Of a DNA stretch of 51,157 bases, positions 18,741-27,773 are shown piece by piece. The translations under genes and the position numbers were made by a program. Every line of letters starts with the position of its first letter. Position 1 is the stretch's first letter. The stretch is from Candidatus Micrarchaeia archaeon (lineage in GTDB: Archaea; Micrarchaeota; Micrarchaeia; Micrarchaeales; CABMGC01). Location: NCBI GenBank assembly GCA_049966395.1, contig JBMFUT010000003.1, forward strand, positions 1-51,157, written 5' to 3'. Under the pieces are notes generated by a model. That model saw only the letters and a program-made list of their open reading frames with translations. It ran no database searches and was not told where the DNA came from.

Positions 18741-19733
18741 TTATCTGCCCCATCTCACTGCCTCAGCTCTGGATTGCATGTCACCAGTAGCGTCCCTAAG
18801 TGCCGATCCTGTAAGCTTTATGAAAACATCATCAAGTGTCGGCAGGTGCATGCTCACCTCGAAGATTGGTATTCCGTTGTGCTGCAGCTTTTCAGTTACC
18901 TTTGCAAGAAGGTTCCAGTCCGTCTTCCCGACTTCCGCAGTTATTACCTCGTTCTTTACCGATGGAGAGAGGCCGAAATCCTTGCGGAGTATGCTTGCGG
19001 CCTTATCTACCTGGTCATGCCCTACTACAAACCTCAATATGTTGCCGCTCCCAACAAGCTTCTTCAATTCGGAGGGGGTGCCTATAGCCTTGATTTTGCC
19101 GTGGTCTATGATTGCAATTCTGTTGCAAAGGAGGTCTGCCTCCTCCAGATATTGTGTAGTAAGTATTATTGTAACGCCTCTCTTGTTGAGATCGCGTATG
19201 TGGTCCCACATTTCAACCCTGTTTTGAACGTCAAGCCCTGTGGTCGGCTCGTCGAGAATCAGTATTTTGGGCCTTTGGGTCATTGCCTGCACCAAGTCAA
19301 GACGCCTTTTCATTCCTCCGGAGAAAGTGCCTGCCTTCTTGTCTGCAAATTCTACAAGCTGCGCCTCCTTGAGTGCCTCTTCCACTCTGGACGGAATCTC
19401 TTTTTTAGGCACGTGGTAAAGCTCTGCAAAAAGCGTCAGATTCTGCCTTGCGGTAAGGTCAGGTTCGACTACTGTCTCTTGCATCATATGCCCTATCTCG
19501 CTTTTTATCTCGTTTTTGTGCGTGTTGATATCCATTCCGTTTATAAGTATCCTTCCTGAAGTAATGCTCAACAGACCCAGAATAAGATTTATAGTTGTAG
19601 TCTTGCCTGCGCCGTTTGGCCCAAGAATGCCAAATATTTCGCCGCGCCTTATCGAAAGGCTTATGTTGTCAACAGCAGTGAAGCTGCCAAACCTTTTGAC
19701 AAGATTTTTTATTTCTATAGCGTATTCAGTCAT
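18741..19733 (-). CDS. ABC transporter ATP-binding protein (ABC-2/CcmA-like, with C-terminal extension)
   Basis: Walker A GPNGAGKTT, signature FSGGMKRRL and Walker B ILILDEPTTGLD. Confidence 0.9.
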   Translation of the reverse strand: MTEYAIEIKNLVKRFGSFTAVDNISLSIRRGEIFGILGPNGAGKTTTINLILGLLSITSGRILINGMDINTHKNEIKSEIGHMMQETVVEPDLTARQNLTLFAELYHVPKKEIPSRVEEALKEAQLVEFADKKAGTFSGGMKRRLDLVQAMTQRPKILILDEPTTGLDVQNRVEMWDHIRDLNKRGVTIILTTQYLEEADLLCNRIAIIDHGKIKAIGTPSELKKLVGSGNILRFVVGHDQVDKAASILRKDFGLSPSVKNEVITAEVGKTDWNLLAKVTEKLQHNGIPIFEVSMHLPTLDDVFIKLTGSALRDATGDMQSRAEAVRWGR

Positions 19734-20079
19734 TGAACTCTGACCTCAGAAATGCAAGAAATTCCTTTGTTGCCTTTTGAAGCATTCTGCTTGATGATTT
19801 TAGGGTCTCTCTACCTCTCTGGGTTATGACATAATATTTCCTTGCCCTGCCGTCGCTGTGCACTATGGTGGAGTTAGCCTTTATAAAACCCTGCTTTTCA
19901 AGGGAACTTATTATGTTATAAAAGTCCGATTTTGTAAGCTCCAGCATGTGCGGATGGCTTGCGCTGCTGAAGTGCGCGTAGAGTTCATAAGGGTACTTTT
20001 TCCCGCTCTTGAAATGATGCAACACTATAAACTTTATCATTTCGTTGCTCACGAATTTTTTAATATGCCCTTCAATCAT
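19726..20079 (-). CDS. PadR-family transcriptional regulator
   Basis: 117 aa, wHTH with YPYELYAHF...LEKQGFI...GRARKYYVITQRGRETL. Overlaps the ABC ATPase start by 8 nt. Confidence 0.75.
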   Translation of the reverse strand: MIEGHIKKFVSNEMIKFIVLHHFKSGKKYPYELYAHFSSASHPHMLELTKSDFYNIISSLEKQGFIKANSTIVHSDGRARKYYVITQRGRETLKSSSRMLQKATKEFLAFLRSEFND

Positions 20080-20166
20080 CTTACCAACTATGGTTTAAAA
20101 TTAAACTATTCTAGAATTAGACTATTTTTGCATGAAAACATATAAAAAGCAATTTCCGAAAAAAAT

Positions 20167-20886
20167 TTATTTTGGTTCAAGCCTGATTTCTATCCTCTTT
20201 CTGTGCGAGCCTTTGTTTTCGAATCCGGTAAGTATCATTTTGCCAACTTCCTTCGTGTTGGCAACATGAGTGCCGCCGTCCATTTGGGCGTCAAAGCCTT
20301 CTATTTCTATTACTCTCACACTTGACAGGGTCTTAAGAAGCTCTTCGCCTGGCGCGGTTCTTGCTATCGACTCTATGCGCAATGCTTCCTCCTTGCTCAG
20401 CATTTTCACAAGAACCCTGTGCCCTTCATCTGCTATCGCCTGCGCTTCCTCTATTATCTTTGCTGCTGTTTCCCTGTTAAGCGAAGGCATGTCATAATCG
20501 TCCCGCGCCCTGTCCTCGTATATTTGCCCTCCGGTGTACATTCCTCCATATTTTTTAGTTATGACACCACCTATTATGTGAACTGCCGTATGATAGCGCA
20601 TGTGCGCGTATCGCCTCTGCCAATTTATTTTACCATGAACAATATCCCCTATCTTGAAATTCGGTTCCTCGCTAAGCACGTGCACCACGCTGTCGCCATT
20701 GTTTTTAACTTCAATTACCTCATATGATATGTCGTTTGCACTGAGAGTACCGGTATCGCATGGCTGACCGCCACCAGTAGGGTACATTGCCGTTTTGTCT
20801 AATTCAACCTCGTTTCCTGTTATCCCAGTTACGATTGCATCAAACTCCTTTAGGTAAGAATCGTTCAAATATAGCCTTTCTACCAT
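20167..20886 (-). CDS. alaX: Alanyl-tRNA editing protein AlaX-like (tRNA_SAD domain)
   Basis: HTAVHIIGG (HxxxH) and GGTHV motifs, about 240 aa. ATG 20886 is preferred over GTG 20895. Confidence 0.8.
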   Translation of the reverse strand: MVERLYLNDSYLKEFDAIVTGITGNEVELDKTAMYPTGGGQPCDTGTLSANDISYEVIEVKNNGDSVVHVLSEEPNFKIGDIVHGKINWQRRYAHMRYHTAVHIIGGVITKKYGGMYTGGQIYEDRARDDYDMPSLNRETAAKIIEEAQAIADEGHRVLVKMLSKEEALRIESIARTAPGEELLKTLSSVRVIEIEGFDAQMDGGTHVANTKEVGKMILTGFENKGSHRKRIEIRLEPK

Positions 20887-20958
20887 CCTGCACACCGTAG
20901 CAAATTAATTGCTGCAAAACTTTATATTACTTGTCAGGTATTGTTAGTAGGTGGTAAA

Positions 20959-21363
20959 ATGGCAGGAAAACTCTCAATTATAATGTACAGCGGGACTGCA
21001 GACAAGTTTATACCCCTTGGAGTGCTTGCGCAAGCCGGCTGCGCGATGGGCATGGAAGTGAATGTATTCGTTACTGGATTTGCACTGCTAGAATTTCTAA
21101 AAAGCAAGAAAGAGGCGCCATTTCCAAAAGAATTTGAATCCATGGCGCCGATGCTAATGGAAGGCATGGCAAAAAACAACGTGGCACCTTGGCAAGAAAT
21201 GTTAAAGCAGGCTAAAGATCTTGGGGCTCACGTATATGCGTGCTCGCTGATGTGCGGGGTCATGAACTTGAAAAAGGAAGATTTCGACCCTATTGTTGAC
21301 GATATAGTAGGCGCGGCGACCTTCCTGCAAAATTCTGAGGGAGGGCAAACCCTATTTATATAA
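20959..21363 (+). CDS. DsrE-family (COG2210, DsrE3-like) sulfur-carrier-type protein
   Basis: ~134 aa, LSIIMYSGTADKFIPLGVLAQAGCAMG...HVYACSLMCGVMNL. A GGTGG sequence lies just upstream of ATG 20959. Directly followed by tusA. Confidence 0.7.
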   Translation: MAGKLSIIMYSGTADKFIPLGVLAQAGCAMGMEVNVFVTGFALLEFLKSKKEAPFPKEFESMAPMLMEGMAKNNVAPWQEMLKQAKDLGAHVYACSLMCGVMNLKKEDFDPIVDDIVGAATFLQNSEGGQTLFI

Positions 21364-21374
21364 GATGTGATAGG

Positions 21375-21614
21375 ATGACCGACGGAAACAAAAAAGTTGT
21401 GGATTCGCGCGGTTCCACGTGCCCCGGACCAATAACAGACCTTGCTATAGCTTACAGGAATTCTTCTGTAGGGGACGAAATAGAACTTTGGGCCACCGAC
21501 CCTGGGGTAAAAGCTGATGTACAGGCATGGGCTGCTAAGACCGGAAACATAATCGAATCGATAACGGACCAAGGTGACAAGATAGTGGTTCTCATAAAGA
21601 TAGTAAAAAGGTAG
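21375..21614 (+). CDS. tusA: TusA/SirA-family sulfurtransferase
   Basis: 79 aa with the CPGP active-site motif (DSRGSTCPGPITDL). Confidence 0.8.
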   Translation: MTDGNKKVVDSRGSTCPGPITDLAIAYRNSSVGDEIELWATDPGVKADVQAWAAKTGNIIESITDQGDKIVVLIKIVKR

Positions 21615-21618
21615 TTAT

Positions 21619-22830
21619 GTGGAAAAGAAGCGCGTGCTTATAGTTGGCGGAGGGGCCGGAGGTACAATACTTGCAAATAGCCTTGACAAGGCAAATTTTG
21701 ACATTACCGTTATTGACAAATCTACAAAACATTTTTTCCAGCCGCAGCTGCTTTACATAGCCTTCAAGGGCGAATCAAAGCCGAATATGAAGGATGAAAG
21801 GACGCTGCTTAAAAAGCATGTGAAATTTGTAAATTCCCAAGTCACTGAAATAAATCTAAATGAGAGAAGCGTCAGCACCTCCAGCGGAACTTACAGCTAT
21901 GATTTCATCGTAATAGCGACAGGCATAATCACAAACCCTAATATGATAAGTGGACTTGCGGAAGTCAACAGTGCCTTTGGCGACTATCACACAAATTATG
22001 GTCAAGCGCAGAAACTCTGGAGCAGCCTGAGCAAATTTTCAGGAGGCACAATTGCAGTAGGCCAGTCGTATCCTGTGTGCAAATGCCCGCCATCGCCTCT
22101 TGAAGGTGCATTTCTGGCGGAAGAGTTCATAAGAAAGAAGGGGATAAGAGGGAAAACGCGAATAGTCTTCTTCACTCCTTATCCAAGGGCATACCCAGCG
22201 GAAGGCATAAACGAAGTTGTCGCTCCAATGATGAAGGAGCGTGGTATAGAGGTCATGACTTTTTTCGATGTCGACCACATAGATCCCATTGCAAAAGTGA
22301 TATACTCGATAGAAGGGGACTCTATAAAGTACGATTTGCCAGTAATAATTCCACCGTGTGCTGGAGTGCCTGAGATAAAGTATACTCCGGATTCAATATT
22401 GGACAGAGACAGGCTCATTCAGGTAGACAAATACACCTCCAAAATAAAGGGATTCGACGATGCGTTCGCCATAGGCGATGCTGCGGCGCTGCCCACTTCA
22501 AAGGCAGGTGTTGGCGCCCATCTAGAAGCAAAAGTTGTAGCAAAGATAATCAGTGGGGAAGACGCAAAGTTCAACGGAAGGACTAATTGCCCCTTTGACA
22601 CAGGATATGGAAAGGGAACCTTCGTGATTGGCAGTTATGACGAACCGGTAGTAAAGTATCCGGCAACGCGAATGAACCTTTTCATGAAGCACATGATGGC
22701 AAGGATATACTGGGGCAGCCTGAAAGGCACATACGATTTCATTTTTGACGCTTATTTTAACATGACAAACCCAGAAAAGCTCAAGAAAAAATATGGCACC
22801 GGAGCTACGCAAAACCAGCCATCACAGTAG
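21619..22830 (+). CDS. sqr: Sulfide:quinone oxidoreductase-like FAD-dependent pyridine nucleotide-disulfide oxidoreductase
   Basis: N-terminal VLIVGGGAGGT Rossmann motif, CKCPPSPLE and a second Cys at NCPFDTGYG, and AIGDAA. GTG start; the nearby ATG 21617 is out of frame and terminates quickly. Confidence 0.75.
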   Translation: MEKKRVLIVGGGAGGTILANSLDKANFDITVIDKSTKHFFQPQLLYIAFKGESKPNMKDERTLLKKHVKFVNSQVTEINLNERSVSTSSGTYSYDFIVIATGIITNPNMISGLAEVNSAFGDYHTNYGQAQKLWSSLSKFSGGTIAVGQSYPVCKCPPSPLEGAFLAEEFIRKKGIRGKTRIVFFTPYPRAYPAEGINEVVAPMMKERGIEVMTFFDVDHIDPIAKVIYSIEGDSIKYDLPVIIPPCAGVPEIKYTPDSILDRDRLIQVDKYTSKIKGFDDAFAIGDAAALPTSKAGVGAHLEAKVVAKIISGEDAKFNGRTNCPFDTGYGKGTFVIGSYDEPVVKYPATRMNLFMKHMMARIYWGSLKGTYDFIFDAYFNMTNPEKLKKKYGTGATQNQPSQ

Positions 22831-22866
22831 ATCGCACTGCCTTTTGAGAGACAAATACAATATTAG

Positions 22867-22939
22867 TAGCCCCAGCCGGATTCGAACCGACGTAGCAGGG
22901 TCCAAAGCCCTGCGTCCTTGGCCGCTAGACGATGGGGCT
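22867..22939 (-). tRNA. tRNA-Gln (anticodon UUG)
   Basis: Cloverleaf read by hand: AGCCCCA/TGGGGCT acceptor stem, anticodon stem CAGGG/CCCTG with loop CUUUGGA, and T arm GTCGG-TTCGAAT-CCGGC. No encoded CCA. Confidence 0.9.
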
Positions 22940-22962
22940 GCCACTATATAATGCTGCGTTCC

Positions 22963-22976
22963 TATTTTTATATTTT
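22963..22976 (-). promoter_or_regulatory. TATA-like box for tRNA-Gln
   Basis: AAAATATAAAAATA on the minus strand, centred about 30 nt upstream of the mature tRNA 5' end. Confidence 0.4.
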
Positions 22977-23074
22977 GGCGATTGCAAGCAAACCTATGCT
23001 GGCAAACCATATCGCTTTTTGTCTAATGACATATAGACAATTTAAAAGATTAACTTAGAAATTCCTTTGATTCC

Positions 23075-23284
23075 ATGAAAAGAGAAATTGACTCTAAATG
23101 CCAAGAGAGCATGACCTTCTTCATAGACGTGCAATTTCCTTATGTGGACAATGAAGGGCTTGCCGCAGTAGTAAAAAAGGAGTTGAGGGACATGAACTGC
23201 GATATTGATATCAGAGTCATTAAGGATGAAATAAGGAAGTATTCCAACAACGGAAAGGAAGATGAAGCTACGCGCTTCTATTAG
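23075..23284 (+). CDS. Small hypothetical protein
   Basis: 69-aa ORF with protein-like composition in an otherwise empty 500-nt gap. No recognisable motif. Confidence 0.3.
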   Translation: MKREIDSKCQESMTFFIDVQFPYVDNEGLAAVVKKELRDMNCDIDIRVIKDEIRKYSNNGKEDEATRFY

Positions 23285-23446
23285 CAATTTTAACAGGCAG
23301 AAAAAGGCAACGCGCATAAATAATCATTGCTGTTTGCATAGGCGCCGTTTGGCTGAAGTAACTTTCAACATATTGCTTTATGCAGGCAACTAACAAGAAC
23401 ATCTAGTTCTTATGTCTGACATGAAAAATGAAAAAATCGAATCCGG

Positions 23447-24217
23447 CTAGCCCCAAACATCAGCCCTTACCTTTTCCGGCGGGATGCCAAGAGAAGCCAC
23501 TACTTCCTTCATTGCTTTTGTAAATGCCAGCGGCCCGCATATATACACGCCCCTTTCTTTAATGTCGCTAGCGTATTTGCTTATCATTTTTGCGTCTATA
23601 TGTCCTGTTTCGCCTGTCCAGCCATCTCCAGGCTGCGGCCTTGACACGGTTACGACTGTTTTAAGTTTTATCTCTTTTGCAAGGCTTTCGAGTTCTTCCT
23701 TTTCTATAATTTCGTTAGGGTACCTCACGCTATAAATCAGAATAACGTCGTTCCCAGAGGAGATGTTCTTTATATGCCTCAGCATCGACATGAATGGCGC
23801 GATTCCGGTGCCGCCAGCTATGAAAAGTACTTTGCTGTCGGAATTTGGATTGAACTTGAACTGCCCGTATGGACCGCTCACGTAATATACGTCGCCAACT
23901 TTCGCATTGTCGAGCTTTGATGTAAAGCGCCCATGGACCATGTGGACGAAAAAATCCAGGCTTTCTGAATTTGGAGCGGAGGCTATTGAAAATGCCCTTG
24001 CTATCTTTTCGCCGGTTTCGCTGTTTACGTAATTCAGCATGACGAACATGCCTGGCTCGAAATTCAGCCTTGTGCCATCCTGCGCTGACATCTTGAATAT
24101 GTCAACGTCTGGCGTAGCGTGTATTATTTCTGTTATTTTGTAAGGCTTCATTATTATTGTAGCGCTGTCGCCCAATAGATCACCGATAAGAATCAACATC
24201 TCTTTCTCATGAAACAA
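23447..24217 (-). CDS. Ferredoxin-NADP reductase-family flavoprotein (FAD/NAD(P)-binding, PyrK-like without Fe-S tail)
   Basis: RAFSIAS (RxYS-type FAD motif), GPYG and FIAGGTGIAP (NAD(P) motif). The true start may be MKPYKITEII at 24151. Confidence 0.75.
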   Translation of the reverse strand: MFHEKEMLILIGDLLGDSATIIMKPYKITEIIHATPDVDIFKMSAQDGTRLNFEPGMFVMLNYVNSETGEKIARAFSIASAPNSESLDFFVHMVHGRFTSKLDNAKVGDVYYVSGPYGQFKFNPNSDSKVLFIAGGTGIAPFMSMLRHIKNISSGNDVILIYSVRYPNEIIEKEELESLAKEIKLKTVVTVSRPQPGDGWTGETGHIDAKMISKYASDIKERGVYICGPLAFTKAMKEVVASLGIPPEKVRADVWG

Positions 24218-24302
24218 TTAATTATTTTGCGCTTTCATTGTTTTGGCAATAGGCAAAATGCACGCAGCACGTTGCCATATCATTGAGATTTGCTTGCCCG
24301 GC

Positions 24303-24313
24303 AAAATATATAT
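24303..24313 (+). promoter_or_regulatory. TATA-like box for the HD-domain gene
   Basis: AAAATATATAT centred about 35 nt upstream of ATG 24343. Confidence 0.4.
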
Positions 24314-24342
24314 GTTTAACTGGAACAGTATTAACAGACTGC

Positions 24343-25464
24343 ATGTACATAAGAGACGCGGTTTTCGGCAATGTGGACATAAGCGAAGCAGAGCTTAAGC
24401 TCATAGAAGATTCTCACATGCAAAGGCTCAGATACATAAAGCAGCTGAGCTTTGCCTATCTTGTTTATCCTGGCGCCGAGCATACGCGGTTCGAGCATTC
24501 AATAGGCGCAATGCATGTCACTGGCGAGATAGTAGACAAGATTTTCGGCAAAGATACTGAGGAAGAGCTAAAAGTTGTGGGATTGATGCACGACATAGGA
24601 GTCGCGCCGTATTCTCATTCTTCCGACCACATATTGCTCAAGTACCTTAGAAAAACGCACGAACAGATAGGCGCGGAGATAATAAAGGAAAGCTCGATAA
24701 GAGACGCCATAAATTCGTCCACTCTTTCACTTAAAAAGATTTTGAGCTATTTCAACGGCGAATCTAAAGGGTCTTTTGTCACTGGAGCAATAGGCTCTGA
24801 TAGGATAGACTACTTGATGAGAGATTCTTACCATACAGGCGTGGCTTACGGCATAATAGATTTCAACAGGATAAAGGGAAAGATTACTTCTTACAAAGGC
24901 AGCCCGGCCGTTTTCGAGGAAGGAATACAGGGCGCAGAGTCTCTTCTGATTGCAAGGTATTTCATGTTTTCTTCGGTTTACTTGCATCACACAGCAATAA
25001 TCGCTTCGCTCATGTTCGAACGGGCGCTTGAAGCGGCACTTGACGCAGGGCGCATATTCCCAGGGGAGCTTACTGAGCTGAACGATGAGACGCTTACTTT
25101 CAAGCTGGCCAGTATCGACGTATCGAGGAATCTCATTGGAAGGATTTCAAGAAGGCAGCTTTACAAGAGAGCCTACTACAAGGAATTAAAGAACGGGAAC
25201 GCCAATGTTGATGAGATAGCTAAGGCACTTGACAGGAACGGCTTCGACTCTGAAAGCTATGTGATAAGCGTTTACGGATTCAAGGGAGAAGGAGACGACC
25301 TTGCAGTAATAAGCAAGGACGGAAGCTATTTAGGTACGCTAAAGGAGCTTTCGCCGCTTGTAAGCACGCTTAGCGCTATACTCAGGAACAAAAAAATGCT
25401 CATAGTCGCGTGCGACCCGCGCGACAGGGAAGAGATAAGAAAAATAGTGGAGAAGAGCTTATAA
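24343..25464 (+). CDS. HD-domain phosphohydrolase of the dGTPase/SAMHD1-like type
   Basis: RFEHSIGAMHV, LMHDIGVAPYSHSSDH and DRIDYLMRDSYHTGV. The start was set at MYIRDAVFGNV. Confidence 0.8.
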   Translation: MYIRDAVFGNVDISEAELKLIEDSHMQRLRYIKQLSFAYLVYPGAEHTRFEHSIGAMHVTGEIVDKIFGKDTEEELKVVGLMHDIGVAPYSHSSDHILLKYLRKTHEQIGAEIIKESSIRDAINSSTLSLKKILSYFNGESKGSFVTGAIGSDRIDYLMRDSYHTGVAYGIIDFNRIKGKITSYKGSPAVFEEGIQGAESLLIARYFMFSSVYLHHTAIIASLMFERALEAALDAGRIFPGELTELNDETLTFKLASIDVSRNLIGRISRRQLYKRAYYKELKNGNANVDEIAKALDRNGFDSESYVISVYGFKGEGDDLAVISKDGSYLGTLKELSPLVSTLSAILRNKKMLIVACDPRDREEIRKIVEKSL

Positions 25465-27249
25465 TGCTTCTAGCCGCTTCTTCTCTTCCTCAAGCTCTTT
25501 TCTTAGTTCTGCCGGAATATTTCCTATTCCATCGAAGAAGCTTTCCATCGACGCTATTTCCTTGAGCCAAAGAGTTTTGTCCACGCCGAGAAGCTTCTCT
25601 TTTGCACTTTCTGGGATCTCAATGCCATCCCAATTTATATCTTCGACCCCTGGCATGTAGCCTATAGGGGTTATCCTGGCATTTGCTGTTCCGTCGATCC
25701 GCTTTACAATCCATTCAAGCACCCTCATGTTTTCCCCGAAACCAGGGAAAAGAAACCTTCCGTCGCTGCCTTTCATAAACCAGTTCACATAGAATATTGG
25801 AGGCGGAGACGCAATTGATTTCCCAATCTCAAGCCAGTGCGAGAAATAGTCCGCGATGTTGTAACCGCAGAAAGGCCTCATTGCCATTGGGTCGCGCCTG
25901 ACCGCGCCTATGCTTCCTTCTGCCGCGGCGGTCTGCTCTACGCCCATCGTCGCTCCTGCGAAAACCCCGTGGCTCCAGCTGAAAGTCTGATATACAAGAG
26001 GTATTGTGTCGCTCCGCCTTCCTCCGAACACTATCGCAGACACGTTGACTCCGTACTTGTCCTGCCAGTGCAGCGATAGGTTTTCCGCTTGTACTATTGG
26101 AGTTGTATATCTTGAATTTGGATGGGCGCACTGCATGCCTTCAGAGCAGATATTGCCCTGCCAGTCATACACGACCGAAGGCTTTGGGCCCATGCCCTCC
26201 CAGTAAGGCATACCGTCCTCTGTCAAGCCGACGTTGGTGAATATGGTGTTGCGCCTTATGGCTTTCATAACATTTGGATTTGTTTTCATTGATGTCCCTG
26301 GCGCTACTCCGAAGAAACCAGTCTCAGGATTTATTGCGTTGAGTACGCCATTCTTTACATGCAGCCACGCTATATCGTCCCCCACGACCCTGGATTTCCA
26401 GCCCATCTTTTCATATTGCTCAGGCGGCAATATGTTCGCAAGATTAGTCTTGCCGCTGGAACTTGGAAATGCGGCTGCAATGTAGAAAAGCTTTCTATCT
26501 GGATTTTCAAGCTCCAAAATTAGCATGTGCTCTGCAAGCCATCCTTCCGATTTTGCATGGACACTCGCTATCCTAAGCGCGTGACATTTCTTGCCGAGAA
26601 GCGCATTGCCTCCGTAGTTGGTATTTACGCTCAATATGTCTGGCATCCCTGAAGGCTTTTCGCTATCGGTGAAATGAATTATGTATTTTTCATCAGGATT
26701 CATGTCCATTGTTGCATGAATACCTCTGACAAAGTTTGAAGAACCACCGAGCTTGGCAAGCGCCGCACTGCCCATGTGCGTCATTATTTTCATGTTGGCT
26801 ACTACATATGCGCTGTCCGTAAGCTCAACGCCGATCTCGGAATAAGGAGAATCTATTGGTCCCATCACATATGGTACCACGTACATTGTCCTTCCTTTCA
26901 TGCAACGCGGAAGCAGCTTATTGTATATCGCCACTGCATCCTCAGGGGGGAGCCAGTTGTTCAGCGGCCCGGCATTTGACTGCTCCTTGCATGCGATAAA
27001 GGTTCTTGCTTCAGTTCTTGCAACGTCGTTTTTGTCGCTTCTGTTCAAATAGCAATTTGGGTATTCCTTCTGATTAAGGGCTATCATTGTGCCGTCAGAA
27101 AGCATCTTCTTGATAAGGGCGTCGTATTCCTCTTTTGAGCCGTTGCACCACACTATCATTTCAGGATTTGCAATTTTCGCTACCTCTCTAACCCACAGCA
27201 AAAGTGCTGAATTTTCTATTGGCACGTTTTCAAGGCCGTATTCCACCAT
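25459..27249 (-). CDS. pckG: Phosphoenolpyruvate carboxykinase (GTP)
   Basis: 596 aa. FPSSSGKTNLA (kinase-1a), YGGNALLGKKC and the WMRF-like region NWFMKGSDGRFLFPGFGENMRVLEWI. Confidence 0.95.
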   Translation of the reverse strand: MVEYGLENVPIENSALLLWVREVAKIANPEMIVWCNGSKEEYDALIKKMLSDGTMIALNQKEYPNCYLNRSDKNDVARTEARTFIACKEQSNAGPLNNWLPPEDAVAIYNKLLPRCMKGRTMYVVPYVMGPIDSPYSEIGVELTDSAYVVANMKIMTHMGSAALAKLGGSSNFVRGIHATMDMNPDEKYIIHFTDSEKPSGMPDILSVNTNYGGNALLGKKCHALRIASVHAKSEGWLAEHMLILELENPDRKLFYIAAAFPSSSGKTNLANILPPEQYEKMGWKSRVVGDDIAWLHVKNGVLNAINPETGFFGVAPGTSMKTNPNVMKAIRRNTIFTNVGLTEDGMPYWEGMGPKPSVVYDWQGNICSEGMQCAHPNSRYTTPIVQAENLSLHWQDKYGVNVSAIVFGGRRSDTIPLVYQTFSWSHGVFAGATMGVEQTAAAEGSIGAVRRDPMAMRPFCGYNIADYFSHWLEIGKSIASPPPIFYVNWFMKGSDGRFLFPGFGENMRVLEWIVKRIDGTANARITPIGYMPGVEDINWDGIEIPESAKEKLLGVDKTLWLKEIASMESFFDGIGNIPAELRKELEEEKKRLEAL

Positions 27250-27336
27250 GTACGCATCCGAATTCTAATGCAACTGAAAAATCTAAAAATAGCACGTGCC
27301 TTGTTGGCAAAATAAAAAAAGAGAGGCAAAATGCCT

Positions 27337-27654
27337 CTAACCAGCTAATTTCTTTGCATAGTCGCCTATTTCAGGCACCATTACATCTGTTCCCTTGTAT
27401 GCCATGTATCCTATGTACATTCCATATATCCAAATAAGGAATGCTATGAGTATTCCTATAAATGGAATGAAAGCCATTACTAAAATTACTCCTATTACTC
27501 CTCCTAGTATTATTGCTTGGGCTCCATGCATTTTGAGCCTTTTATTCTGCCCGGCGGTAAAAAACACTATAAGACCGGAAAGCCATGCGAAGAAATATGT
27601 TATTATGTAGATCCCTTCCCCATCTCCTCCTGTGGTCTTGGCATTATTAGCCAT
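27337..27654 (-). CDS. Small integral membrane protein (3 TM, DUF4870-like)
   Basis: 105 aa with three hydrophobic helices and a polar N-terminus. Confidence 0.6.
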   Translation of the reverse strand: MANNAKTTGGDGEGIYIITYFFAWLSGLIVFFTAGQNKRLKMHGAQAIILGGVIGVILVMAFIPFIGILIAFLIWIYGMYIGYMAYKGTDVMVPEIGDYAKKLAG

Positions 27655-27773
27655 GCATTCACCATATTATTCTCATACTTAAACTTTAAATAAGTTAGTA
27701 TTTTGGCGGATGCGCTACTGCGCATGACTTGCAATGACTTTTACCATTGGATTTGGTGCTGCGCCATCATGCG

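Noticed and set aside
18720-19559. 279-aa plus-strand ORF, together with 18778..19227 and 18836..19087, overlapping the ABC ATPase gene.
   Set aside because: It is antisense to a gene with unambiguous Walker A, signature and Walker B motifs. Its translation is C/L/S/Y-rich with no motif, which is typical of a shadow ORF.
27710-27725. Hairpin ATGCGC-TACT-GCGCAT downstream of the last LamG gene, considered as a terminator.
   Set aside because: The stem is only 6 bp, and no T-tract follows on the transcribed (minus) strand. The evidence is insufficient.
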